Source: Sphyrna mokarran
Lineage: Eukaryota
Direction of reading: 5' to 3'
Assembly: GCA_024679065.1 (NCBI GenBank)
Contig: JAGIQG010000003.1
Coordinates: 36,642,001 to 36,706,000, forward strand
Length of the DNA: 64,000 bases
The notes under the pieces: generated by a model
Seen by the model: only the letters and a program-made list of their open reading frames with translations
Database searches by the model: none
What the model was told of the DNA's origin: nothing
Translations under genes and position numbers: made by a program
Shown here: positions 51,345 to 63,870 of the stretch, piece after piece
Position numbering within the stretch: position 1 is the first letter of the stretch
Layout of the letters: each line of letters begins with the position of its first letter

Positions 51345-51660
51345 ATCGGTGGCACAGTGGTTAGCACTACTTCCGTACAGTGCCAGGGACCAGGGTTCAA
51401 TTCCAGCCTCAGGTCACTATCTGTGTGGAGTTTCCATGCCCTCCCATGTCTTCATGGATGTCCTCCAAGTGCTCCAGTTTCCTCCCAGAGCCCAAAGATG
51501 AGTGGGTTAGGTGGATTGGCCATGCTAAATGATAACTCTGCATCAGGGGGATTAGCAGGGTAAATACACAGGATTGTAGGGACAGAGCAGGATTATTGTC
51601 GCTGCAGGCTCAATGGGGCGAGTGTGACCTCTTTCTTTACTGTAGAGATTCTATGATTTC
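51345..51660 (+). mobile_element. HE1/V-SINE-type SINE (tail A)
   Basis: CGGTGGCACAGTGGTTAGCAC...GGTTCAATTCC...GATTCTATGATT. Confidence 0.85.
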
Positions 51661-52635
51661 TACAATATGGCCCTCAGTCAGGACCCGGTGTTAAGGTTGG
51701 TCATGCAACCTTCACCAGCAGGGGCAGATGTGTGAACTACTTGTGTACTTAAGCCATGATTGAAGTCAAGTGAGGCTAAAAATATTTTGTTTTCTTTCTT
51801 AATACGTGACCCTTGACATACTACTTTTTTGAAGCAATTTAAAGGTTGTCCATTAAGATTAACTAAGTGCCTCAGTTTCAAAAAAACCCTATAAATTGTT
51901 CAGAAATGTTAAGTGGGAACCATCTGGCTAAGTGATTTGAATCACTAGCTATGAATGGTTCAGCCAGGATTAGTCAGAAAATATTAAGAAGAAATAAAAC
52001 CTCTTTTAATTTCTGCACAACTATTTTAAACACCCAGATCAAGCCCCACATGAGAACCCCCTCCCCACGGGCGACTCATCCACCCTCTCCTAACTAATCA
52101 GCTCTTCATGGCATTCTGCAAATTCCTATATATCTGATTAGACTGCATTGTAGCCTCAGGAACTCTTCCCATGCAGGTCAAAGCAGTTCTCTCCATTGCA
52201 GATTTCAAAAGCAACTAAATGCACATTAAAGCCTTGTAATTCCAGCAGTCCATCACTTTCCGAAGCTAGTTGAAATTTATGATCCAATTACTCAAATTAA
52301 AATGATGTTCTTGGAGTTGATGTATTCCAGCACTCCTCCATTTCCCAATGGTCACAGAAGGCCTCAAGACTATCAGCAGACACTGTGTGCTTTCTCTCCA
52401 GGAGCACTTGGGTATAGATGTAGTTACTGTGAGAGGCAGACAAATGGGATAAATGACCACCTGTTGTCTGGAACCCTTCCTGTATACAACACCATGGTTC
52501 TACCTGAACCACATAGACTGTAGTGAGCCATTTGAACCACTACCTATCTTCTCAGGGAAAGTACATAATGGCTAACAAATGCTGGCCTTACCAGTGACAC
52601 TCCCATTCCATAAAAGAACAAAAATAGTGCAATTG

Positions 52636-53605
52636 TTTACAATTGCATAGATGATTTGGAGTTGGGGACCAAGTGTAGCATGTCAAAAGTCACAAATGAC
52701 ACTAGATGGGTGGCAAAGCGAAGTGTGCAGAGGACACTGAAACTCTGCAAAGGGATACAGATTGCCTAAGTGAGTGGGCGAGGATCTGGCAGATGGAATA
52801 TGATGTTGGTAAGTGTGAGATTGTCCATTTTGACAGGAATAACAGCAAAATGGATTATTCTTTAAATGGTAAAAAATTGCAGCATGCTGCTATGGAAAGG
52901 GACTGAATGTCCTTGTGCAGGAATCTCAAGGAGTTGGTTTGCAGGTGCAGCAGATTATTAAAAAGGCAAATGGAGTTTTGTCCTTCGTTGCTAGAGGAAT
53001 GGAGTTTAAAAACAGCAATGTTATGTTGCAGCTGTATAAGGTGCTGGTGAGGCCACATCTCGAGTACTGTGTACAGTTTTGGTCTCCTTACTTGAAAGGA
53101 TATACTGGCACTGGAGGAGGTGCAGAGGAGATTCACTAAGTTGATTTCAGAGTTGAGAGGGTTGGCTTATGAGGAGAGACTGAGTAGACTGGGGTTATAT
53201 TCATTGGAATTCAGAAGAACGAGGAGAGATCTTATAGAAACATATACGATTATGAAGGGAATAGATAAGATAGAAGCAAGAAAGTTGTTCCCAAAGGTGG
53301 GTGAAACTAGAATTAAGGGGCATCTCCCCAAAATAAGGGGAAGCAGATTTAGGACTGAGTTGAGGAGGAACTTCTTCACACAAAGGTGAATCTGTGGAAT
53401 TCCCTCCCCGGTGAAGCAGTTGAGGTTATCTAATTAAATGTTTTTAAGACAAGGATAGATAAATATTTGAACAGTATAGGAATGGGTTATAGTGAGCGGA
53501 TAGATAACTGGAGTTGAATCCACAAAGATCTGCCCTGATCTTATTGAATGGTGGAGCAGGCTCAAAGGGCCAGATAGCCTATTCCTACTCCTAGTTATGT
53601 TTTGA
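52636..53605 (+). mobile_element. 5'-truncated CR1 LINE
   Basis: LQRDTDCLSEWARIWQMEY, RPHLEYCVQFWSPYL, QRRFTKLI, FRTELRRNFFTQR and a CR1 tail. Confidence 0.93.
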
Positions 53606-53859
53606 TGTTTGGATTATATTTCCCTCCCACCTCATGAAATTTGACAAAATAGCGGCAGCATGCAGAGTTTTGGCAAGCAGGACTTCAGATCTATTGGACT
53701 GCCAAAACAAGAGGGAATGTAAATACGTCACTGAAATCAAACACAGACAATTCAGTCATGGAAATTGGATAGCTTGGATTTCCCAGAACACCAAGGAATT
53801 TCAGACTAGGTTATCAGAAACATGTACATTTGCTGCTAGTTGTGTTTTCTTGATGATCT

Positions 53860-54470
53860 AACAGCATAAAAGGCCATTCGGCCCCATCAAGTCTGTTCCA
53901 TCGTTCAAGAAGATCATGGCTAATCTAATTGTGGCCTCAGTTCCATTTTCCTGCCTGTGCCCCCAAAGCCCTTCACTCCCTTATCAAAAATCTATTTAAT
54001 TTAGCTTTGAATATATTCAATGGTTCAGCCTCTACTGGTCTCTGGAGAAAAGAATTCCACAACTCCCAAGAGAGAAAAAAAACCTCATCTCAGCCTTAAC
54101 TGGGGACCACAAATTTTTAAACTTTTGTCTCCTATCGTGCTAGAGACCTCATAGGAGGCAACCTCCTCTCAGCATTCACCCTAGCAAGGTCCTTCAAGAT
54201 CTTTAGGTGGAATATCAAGGCTTCATCACCCCATTGCAAATGACTGTCCCCCTCATTCTTCTAAACTCCAATGGACATAGGTCCAACGTTTCCTCATAAG
54301 GTCACTCCTTCATCTCAGAAATCAGTCAAGTGAGTCTTCTCTGAACTGCTTCTCACCCAATGATGCCCTTTCATAAGAAAAAAAGACCAAAACTGTACTC
54401 TGTTCCCTGTACAACACTTACCCACTTTTAGACTCAGTTCACCTTGCTATAAACATCAAGATTTCATTTG
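53860..54470 (-). mobile_element. Degenerate CR1 3' fragment
   Basis: Reverse tail AGGCCATTCGGCCCCATCAAGTCTGTTCC...ATCATGGCT, then reverse ORF2-like sequence. Confidence 0.75.
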
Positions 54471-54814
54471 TCAATAGTAAATTTAATGCCAATATATATT
54501 ATTCCGAAGAATATTAAGTAACTCAGATGGATGTCCAGACTCCCAAAATCAGAAGTGATGATGCGATCAGTACTGTATTTCTGGGTCCAGTAAAGGTTAT
54601 GGTATCAGTATATCTCACTGTAATTTGATGTCGAGAGTACATCAGGGGTTTCTGACTCGTTAATCCTGTTGGAAATCCCTGTCACATTGCCATCAATGGC
54701 AAAGTTAACCTTCCTATTTCCATTAGCCTACTGCATAAGGTAGCTGATCACTCTTCCCCAATGTCCATCTGAATCCTTCTGGAACAAAGAGCTCAGCACA
54801 TCAGTGGTCTTTTA

Positions 54815-55103
54815 GGCAGCATGGTGATACAGTAGTTAGCACTGCTGCCTCACAGTGCCAAAGACCTGGGTTCAATTCCAGCCCTGTGGGTCACTGTGTG
54901 CAGAGTTTACACTTTCTCCCCATGTCTTTGTGGTTTCCTCCCACACACTGAAAGGTGTGCTGGTTAGGTGCATTGGCCATGCTAAATTTTCCCTCTGTGT
55001 ACCTGAACAGGTGCTGGAGTATGGCGACCAGAGGATTTTCAGAGTAACTTCATTGTAGTATTAATGTAAGCCTACTTGTGACACTAATAAACAAACTTAC
55101 TTA
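54815..55103 (+). mobile_element. HE1/V-SINE-type SINE (tail B)
   Basis: tRNA-like head with GGGTTCAATTCC; tail GTAAGCCTACTTGTGACACTAATAAACAAAC. Confidence 0.85.
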
Positions 55104-55478
55104 TGCTCAACAGTGCCCTCATTCTATACAGGCAATCTATTAAGATGCAGGATTAGTGGGATTTTCAGGTTATGCTAGGGATCAGTAGATCTGGGTTAAG
55201 GCTTTTTATGAACTGGAATGGAATTCGGTCCTATATTTCTAAATCAACATGGAAAGTTACACATAATCAGTTAATCCTTTGATAGGAACAGTAAACTATT
55301 GTGGAACAAAGGTAGATTGCACATAAATCAGAAAAATCTGATAAATAGAAGCATCCACTAAATGCTTCCATTTCAATTTATAGTTGGGTTGAATTGAAAC
55401 TGTCCTTAAAATGATCCAGATTTGTGCTCTCCTCATACCCAGCACATTCTTCCTTCAGAATCCATGGAAAATGCATAC

Positions 55479-55850
55479 TTTTTATTCTTTGGGATGTGGG
55501 TGTCCCCAGAATGGCCAGCATTTGTTGTCCATCCCTAATCACCCTTGAACTGAGTGGCTTGCTAGGCTTTCAGAGGGGTGGATAAGAGTCAACATATTTC
55601 TGTGGGTCTGGATCCACATGTAGGCTCAACCAGGTAAGGATGGCCGATTTCACATTAATGGGCTTTAATGACAATCTCAGATAGTTGTCATGGTCACCAT
55701 TACTGAGACTAGTTTTGTATTCCAGATTTTTTGTTAATTGAATTTAAATTCCACTAGCTGCCATGGTGGGATTTGAATCTGTGTCCACAGAGCATTAGTC
55801 TTGGCCTTAGGATTACTAATCCAGTGACATTGCAACTATACCACCATCTC
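55479..55850 (-). mobile_element. Second tRNA-derived SINE family, near full length
   Basis: Reverse-complement homolog of 24979-25349 (GGGATTTGAATC reverse B box near 55770). Confidence 0.85.
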
Positions 55851-56107
55851 ATGTCCCCCAGCAGTAGGTCAAAAATATATATCTTCATGAATTACTCATA
55901 GTCACTAGTATTTTAAATAGTCATTCTGGCTTTGTGCTCTCAGCTTGATCTTTCCTTTTGTCAGCCATGAAAAGCTAATTGAGCATCCTTGAACATGGTC
56001 TTTGTGTGCAGAAGAAAGCGAAAAAACACATTTCTAAGTGCTATCCCCTTAATTCTGAAGGGGACTGAAATACGTTTGATTCCATACAGGGACTAGGTCA
56101 CTTCCAT

Positions 56108-56237
56108 GGGCAGAGTTTTCCAGCTGCGCTTGCCCCCAAACTGGAAAATGTCACCTGAGGCCAACAGACTTTTCCGTGCTCCACCTGTCCCTCGCCTGCT
56201 CCAATTCTTGTGATGGGTGGAATGGGCAAATTTACCC
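56108..56237 (+). mobile_element. Short MITE (Harbinger-like family)
   Basis: GGGCAGAGTTTTCC / GGCAAATTTACCC termini; internal CACCTGAGGCCAACAGACTTTTCCGTG shared with 7478-7602. Confidence 0.65.
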
Positions 56238-57984
56238 ATATGTGTTTGCGAAGGGCCTAATGCCTATTTCCAGATTTCTTCTTGGAAATTTGTCAATACT
56301 GAGGGTACTGTTCCTACTGCGTCTAAATATTGACCTGTAAAAGAATTTCTGGAGGCCACCGTTACAAGTCACAAAGGGCAGAAATATTGTTCCCCAGCTA
56401 TGTTCATCCCCATCCTGTATTCCTAATCCCACATTCTTCTACCCTCCTCCACCACCACCGACCCCACCCACCAGAAGGTTTACTTGAGGATTGGTGCTAT
56501 GTGGCAGCTCGTACAAATGGAGTGTGGAATTTAGCAGGTTATGTCTGGAGCTTCTATAGGTGCCTGTAAATATTACAAAGCATGAAGCTAAGTTTTTGTC
56601 ATGTTTTCCATTCCTTTGGTTTCTGATATGTGCTACTCGTTGCACACCCAGTATTAAGCCAGTTTCTAGGCTGATATTTTGCCAGTAGTACAAATGATAA
56701 ACTAAATTAATTCTGTGAGGATGTTGATTATGTTTTTGCCTCCAAGGTAAATGATACAAAATGTTAAACATTAGCCAGTCAAACTTTAACACACAGCCAT
56801 AATTTTTTCTAATTTTACAATATTCTTAATGCACACTATTAGGATTTATTACTTATCATTTTCATTTAAAAGTTAAAGCTTTGATTTTTTTTTTCTGAAT
56901 ATATTGCTTTGGGCCTAAGTAATATAGTAAGTTAGGTATTGTCATTCTGCTCAGATGTAAATTTGGATCCAGGCCAGATTGGTGGGTTATAAACAACATA
57001 ATTTGATTTTTTAAAAATTCATTTATAGAATGTGGGCATTGCTGGCTAGGCCAACATTTATTGCCCATCCCTTACCCTTGAGAAGGTGGTGTGAACAGCC
57101 TTGGCACCTTTATGCTACCAGTATCCTTTTTAAGATCTGTTGTCAATCCTGGTCCTTGTACTACTATAAGGGTTCCTTATGCATTATTGGGATTACTGTA
57201 ACCTCAGTTACACATGGGCAATAAACCTCCCTCTAATAGTAGTACAAGGACCAGGGCCAAACTTCTTGGAAAGAGGCTGGCTGCAGAAAATCCACCTGGA
57301 TTGACAACAGATCTTAAAAAGGGTACTGGTAACATACACAAAGTCATTGGAAAGTACCCCAGGAAGGCTTCAGGAACATAAAGGTGCCAAGGCCAAGAGC
57401 TACGTAGATCCAGAGGCCCAACCTAAATACTTCAAGGCACAAACCAGTCCCCTATGTCCTATGTACCAAAGTAGAGGCTGAATTGGAATTCTAGAGAAAG
57501 CTGCATTTTATGCCTAGTACAATTTATCGGATGGGTCATGCCAGTAGTCCCAATTTTAAAATGTGAGAACTTAGTTGGTTTATCTGCAGAAACTATAAAT
57601 TGATGGTCAACAGAGCTTCCTGCTTAGACAGATTCCACACACACAAGATTTGTATGAAAACTGGCTGGAGGGGTCATACATCTTCCAAATTAGATATGAG
57701 CCATGCATACCTCCAGCTGGAGCTTGAGGTGTCATCCAGGAAATATATAATGTAAGTACTCACTATGAATGCACTCTTTCTTGCCATTTGGAGTGTTTTT
57801 GGCTTGCACTATTTTGGAAAGGGTGACAGAGAACATACTTCAAGGGATGTCCAGAGTTGCAGTCTATTTGAATGAAATTTTAATCCCAGGAGGCACTGTA
57901 AAGGAGCACAATAGAGTTGAAGTCTTTCCCAAGTTTCATCATTTACTATGGAAAATCATGTCAAACCTGGTAACCCTATCTCTT

Positions 57985-58290
57985 TTTTCATTTGTGGGAC
58001 ATGGACATCACTGGCTGACATTCATTGCCTAACCCTAGTTGCATTTGGAGGGTAGTTGAGATTACACATCACTGGGGCCAGACCAGGTAACGATAGCAGA
58101 TTTCCTTCCTAAAAAAAAATTAGTGGATCATGTGGGTTTTTCTGACAATTGACAATGCTTCGTGGTCATCAGTAGATTCTTAGTTCCAGATTTTATTTTA
58201 TTGAATTCAAATTCCACTATCTGTCATGGCAGTTTGAATCTGGGTTACTAGAACATTAGCTGAATTTCTGGATTACTAGGCTAGTAATAC
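57985..58290 (-). mobile_element. Second tRNA-derived SINE family copy nested in Gypsy
   Basis: Homologous to 24979-25349 in reverse. Confidence 0.75.
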
Positions 58291-58406
58291 CTTTGGGAGG
58301 CTGTGACCCTGCTGGTACCTGTCCATGTCATGCTTAAAAAAAATCAGTAATGTTCTTGGCCAAATGTCACAGGAGAAAACATTTACAAATATCAAACAGC
58401 AATTGC

Positions 58407-58602
58407 TGTCCAAAGATGTGTGGGTTAGTTTGATTGGCCATGTTAAAATTGCCTTTTAGTGGCCTGAGATATGCAGGTTAGAGGGATTAGCGGGTAAATG
58501 TGTAGGGATATGGGGAAGGCGCCTGGGTGGGATTGTGATCATTGCAGACTCGATAGGCCAGATGGCCTCTTCGTGCACTGTAGGGTTTCTATGAATTCTA
58601 TG
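58407..58602 (+). mobile_element. 5'-truncated HE1-type SINE nested in Gypsy (tail A)
   Basis: TCCAAAGATGTGTGGGTTAG...GCACTGTAGGGTTTCTATGAATTCTATG. Confidence 0.85.
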
Positions 58603-59834
58603 AATCTGTCGACAAACGTATTGGTCCTTTACAATCCACTGAGACCGCTTATCATAACCTGTGATGTCTCCCCACTGAGGTTAGCATTTATTTTGTGGGG
58701 AACCTGGGTGCTTGTCTCACATCCAGGTCAACAACAAATACTCCATGAATTGCATAACGGCCACTCAGGGATTTCTAAAATGTACGCAAGAAGCTACGTC
58801 TGGTGGCCTGGTATGGACAAGGCCATTGAAAAACTGATTAGGCAGTGTAAAACCTGCCAGGAAAATCAAAAGGTCTCACCAACAGCCTCATTGCAACCCT
58901 TGGAAATGACCAGGGAGACCCTGAGTGTGAGTGCACACAGTCTTTATGGGCTCTATACTCTTAATTCCAATTGATGCTCACTCACAATGGATCAACGTGC
59001 ATCAAATGGTCTCTACTACTTCTTACAGCATCAATAGAAAGACTCTGACAATCTTTATGTACACCTGGTATACCTGAGCTCCTTGTGGGGACAACAGAAT
59101 CCCATTTACCAGCAGGAAGTTTCAAACCTTCGTGAACACAAATGGAATAACGTACATCCACATAACTCCCTATCAGCTATTTTCAAATGGCTAAGTGAGT
59201 AGTCTAGGTATTTAAAAACAATTTGAAGAAACAAAAAAACAGACTCTTTAGAAACAAAACTTGCACTTCTCTTTTTCATTTGTAGCACAACATCACATGT
59301 GATGGGACTAACTCCAGCAGAGCTATTGATGGGTCAACACTTTTGACCTGGTCTCTCTCTCTCCTGAATCTGGTTGGCAAAATTGAAGAGAAACAAAAAG
59401 CCTGAAAAAAAGAGGCCACAATGGATATCAACCTGACAGGACCTTCAAATCAGAAGTTACCATTCACGTTTAGAATTTCAGAGATGATTCCCCGTGTATC
59501 TGAGGAGCTATCCTTTCAAAAACTGGATCAGTGTCATATACGGTAAAGACTGGGGAGGAGGCTATTTAAAAAAATGCCGATTATCTCCTCTATTGTGAAC
59601 CATCCACAGGGGTTGGCTGCATCTCATAACACTTTTCTGCAGATGAAAAACTCTACCCACAGCCAAGAGAGGTCTACGAGTACTCCACCTCAGAAATGGA
59701 GACGGAGGCAGTGGAATTGCAGTCAGCAATCATCATAGAGGACAGGCTCCCTACAGTACCCTTTGACATTCCAGAAGGAAGAGACATTCACTCACTCTGT
59801 GTGCACTTCCTGACCAAACCATGCAAACAAGAGG

Positions 59835-62070
59835 AATGAGGCCAAGGGCAACGGTTAGATTGTCTCTTGTTGGATATGGTAATTGCCTGGTACTTGTATG
59901 GCTTGAATGTTACTTACCACATATCAGCCCAAGCCTGAAAATTATCCTAATCTTGCTGCATTTGGACATGAATTGCTTCAGTACCTGAGGAGTTGCGAAT
60001 GATGCTGAAGATTGTACAGTCATCAGCAAACATCCCCACTTCTGACCTTATGATGCAAAGAAAGTAATTTATGAAGCAGTGAAGATGGTTGGGCCTAGGA
60101 CATTACCCTGAGGATCTCAAAGTGATATCCTGGAACTAAAATGATTGACTCCAGTTCTGCTAGGGCTCCTTAATGCCATATTTGGTCAAATACTGTCTTG
60201 ATGTCAAGGGCCGTCATTCTTATCTCATCTCTGGCGTTCAGCTCTTATCCATGTTTGAATCAAGGTTGTAAGAGGTCAGGAGCTGAATGACCCTGATGGA
60301 TTCCCAACTGATCGTCAGTGTGCAGGTTATTGCTGAGTAAGTGCCACTTGATACTCTGTTGAAGACCCCTTCCATCACTTTACTGATGATCAAGAGTACT
60401 CTAATGGGGCGGTAATTGGTTGGGTTGTAACTGTCCTGTTTCTTGTGTACAGACCATAACTGTGCAATTTTCCACATTGACGGATGGATGTCAATGTTGT
60501 AGCTGAACTGGATTAGCTTGGCTAGGGCACAGCAGGTTGTGGAGGCACAAGTTTCCACTACTATTGCTAGAATGTTGTTTGGATCTATACTGCCTTTGCA
60601 GTATCAGTGCCTTTAGCTGTTTCTTGCTATCACATGGAGTGAATTGAATTGGCTGAAGACTGACATCTGTGATCCTGGGACCTCCGGAGGAAGCTGTGAT
60701 GGATCATCCACTCAGTATTCTGGCTGAAAATTGTTGCGAATGATCAGCCTTATTATTTGCACTGATGTGCTGGCCTCCCCTATCTTTGAAGATGGGGATA
60801 TTTATGGAGCCTCCACCTCCAGTGAGTTGGATGTGGCAGGACTGCAGAGCTTAGATCTGATCCATTGGTTGCAAAATTGCTTAGCTCTGTCTACTACTTG
60901 CTTATGCTGTTTTGTATGCAGGTAATATTGTGTTGTCACTTCAGATTGACAGCTTATTTTTAGGCCTGGTGTTGCTCCTGCTATGCCCTCCTGCACTCTT
61001 CTTTGAACCAGAGTTGATCTACTAGCTTGATGGTGGTGGTATGCCGTGAGTTGCAGACTGTAGTTGAATACAATTCTGCTGCAGCTGATGGCCCACAGCA
61101 CTTCATGCATGCCCAGCTTTGAGTTACGAGATCTGTTCAAAATCTGTTCGATTTGGCGTGTTGATGGTGCCACTTGGCATGACGGAAAGTATCCTCAATG
61201 TGAAAATGGTCTTTGTTTCCACTAGAACTGTCCAGTGGTCACTCCAATTGAAACGTCTATGGACAAATGAATCTGCGGCAGACAGGTTGCTGAAGATGAG
61301 ATCAAATATGTTGTTTTTCCTCTTATTGGTTCACCCATCACCTGCCACAGACCCAATCTAGCAGCTACATTCTTTATGACTCAGCCAAGTCTGTGGACGC
61401 TACCGAGCCACTCTTGGTACTGGACAGTGAAGTTCTCCACCAAGTACATTCTACACCCATGCCACCCTCAATGCTTCCTCCAAGTGGTATTCAACATGGA
61501 AAAGTACTGATTCATCAGCTAAGAGGAATTATACCTAGTAACAAGCAGGAAGTCCTGATACCATGAAAGTTCATGAGGTCCAGAGTCAATGTTGAGGACT
61601 TCCTCCCAACTGTATATCACTGTGCTGTCACCTTTGCTGGATTTACCCTGCAGGTGGGACAGGACATGCCTAGAGATAGTAATGGGGTATGGGATAATGT
61701 CTGTAAGGTATGATTCTGTGAAAGTGACTGTGCTAAATTGTTGCTTGACTAGGCTGAGACATCTCTTCCAGTGGCACAAACCCCCAAATTTTAGTAAGGA
61801 GAACTTTGCAAGGTCAACAAAGCTTGGTTTTCCATTGTTATTTCCAGTGCCTAAGTCAATGCAGGGTAGTCTGTCTAGTTTTGTCCCCTTTATTTAGTTT
61901 TCTTTATAGTTGCTGGATACAACTGAGTTTCTTGTGAGAGCATTTCAGAGTCAATCACATTTCTGGTGTCACATGTAGGCCAGAGCAGGTAAGGATGCAG
62001 TTTTCCTTTCCTAAAGGACATTTAGTTAAAAAAATTATGACAATTTTTTCAATTTTTGGATGAATTTCAG
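59835..62070 (-). mobile_element. Degenerate LINE (CR1/L2 group; APE endonuclease plus RT) whose 5' end is SINE-body-like
   Basis: Endonuclease remnant VKQQ...TESYLTD...VLNIDSGPHELSW; RT remnants LAKLIQFSYN...WKIAQ..VHKKQDSYNPTNYRPI..LIISKVMEG and RSEVGMFADD; 61921-62070 matches the second SINE body. Confidence 0.85.
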
Positions 62071-63804
62071 TCAGCAATACATACTGTCAAGAATTTGATG
62101 GGAATAAATTGATAGTTTTACTGTCAAAAGTAACAAATGGCTGTCAAAAATTTAAATGAAAGAAATCATATTGATGCACTTTGGGACATGGTTGAATAAA
62201 AATATATGGGCAGGTGTGTTTCCATAACTAAAACATTTTCTATTTAACCTGGAGACTTTTGATGCTGACAGTGGATGCTAAATAAAATTGGGAAGGAGGG
62301 ATGGTGAGATGCTGGAAACAATCTGAGAATCTGCATTACAAGTAAACCAAAAAGCTTAAAAATGCTGCAATTGTTGAAGATTCCAGCACATCTTCTGTTG
62401 AGGTTGTTTCTTCATGTTGGATATAAAGTTATGTTGTTTTATAACAATGGGAATGTTATGTCATGTCACTGATTTATGTAACTGAATAACTCAGATTTTA
62501 TTATTAGTAAGAGTTTCTGAATGCTGTTATGAACCCTGCTGATGTTATATGCAAAAGTGTCCTAAATTGAAACATTGATTCATAATGGTATATATTTGTT
62601 TGAATTAATGGGAAGAGCAATGTACAACTCAGTGAGAAAACAGTCTAGTTTTATGCATACAATGAATAAAATGTATTCATTAAAGTTATTAAAAATCAAG
62701 AATGATTAATATGCACTAAGTAACGAACCAATGCATCTCAAATTACCCCTTGATCCCACAATATACCCACGTTCCCTGAACTCACTAAAACACAACTTTT
62801 TTTTTTCCCCCAAACAGTGTGCATTTTAGCAACTTTATAAGTCAAATCTGTCATTGTTACCACACAATTAGATGACCAGATCTGAGAAACCATCCTTTGC
62901 TGGCTCAATGAAGATACTAAACTGCATCTTACAGAGGAGAATATCTAATCCTGCTGTGGCTTTAAATGTTAGCTAGAATGTGCCTCTATGGCTCTGCTCA
63001 GAGACAAGCCTCACTTCTCTGCCTGTTTGGCTGTTGGATGAAAAGCTAATTGCCTTCTCCCAAGAGGGTGCTAGCTGTTATATTGTTCAGCTGTTTTGAT
63101 ATGTCATTCTATGGATTTGGCTATCCCTCAAATTCCTTACCTTTTTTAGAAGTCATTCATTATATAGCTCAACTGACTCTGATAAACAATTATTGAGATG
63201 GCAATTCACACTTCAAGTTTTCTAGACACCTGCTAATCTTGTTACTAGGTAAATTGCATCTTGTATTCCTCTAGATGCAAACTAGTTTTGTTACTTGTCT
63301 ATTATGTTGTTTTCATTTCAAGTTCAGCTATTGATTTAGTTAATTTCCCTAAATTCTTAGCTACACTATTTAATGGTGACTTGAGGATCAAATTCTTCAG
63401 CTGTCCATTATTCTGTAAGAGGAATGAATATAGGTCCTCTTTACATTTCTTTATCCTTATTCCTTTGTGTTAATTTTCATCTTCACCATGTTAAATCTAT
63501 GTTTACACCGTAGAGTGGTATGCAGAATAACTGGTTGAAGATAAGTAATTGGAATTTAGCAGTAGTGAGGAAAGCAATGGCTTTTAGTATTGTGAGGAAA
63601 TGGTTCTGGATGTTTGTACCAGTCTGAGCATTGTCTTGGAATGTTGTAGCTCCAGGATGGACATAGTAGCTTGTGTTGTTATCTAACATCACTGTGGAAT
63701 ACTGGGGTAGAATGTGTGGTTTGGCTCACTGGCTGATTCCTCTTGTCTGCCATCAGAGAGGGGAAAGAGTTGGCTTGGTAGAGTTTGTTTATAAATTTCT
63801 AATT

Positions 63805-63870
63805 AGGGATGAGCAACAAATGCTGGCAGAGCTAGCGACACCCACTTCCTATAAAAGAATATAAAAAAAA
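63805..63870 (+). mobile_element. 3' tail fragment of the second SINE/LINE family
   Basis: AATTAGGGATGAGCAACAAATGCTGGC...AAGAATATAAAAAAA. Confidence 0.65.

Larger units (their letters stand above)
57175..59800 (+). mobile_element. Degenerate Gypsy pol (protease end, RT, RNase H, integrase) interrupted by two SINEs
   Basis: GWLQKIHLD, KLDMSHAYLQLEL, FLPFGV, integrase Zn-binding ILHELHNGHSGISKM-ARSYVWWPGMDKAIEKLIRQCKTCQENQK, IDAHSQW. Confidence 0.88.
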
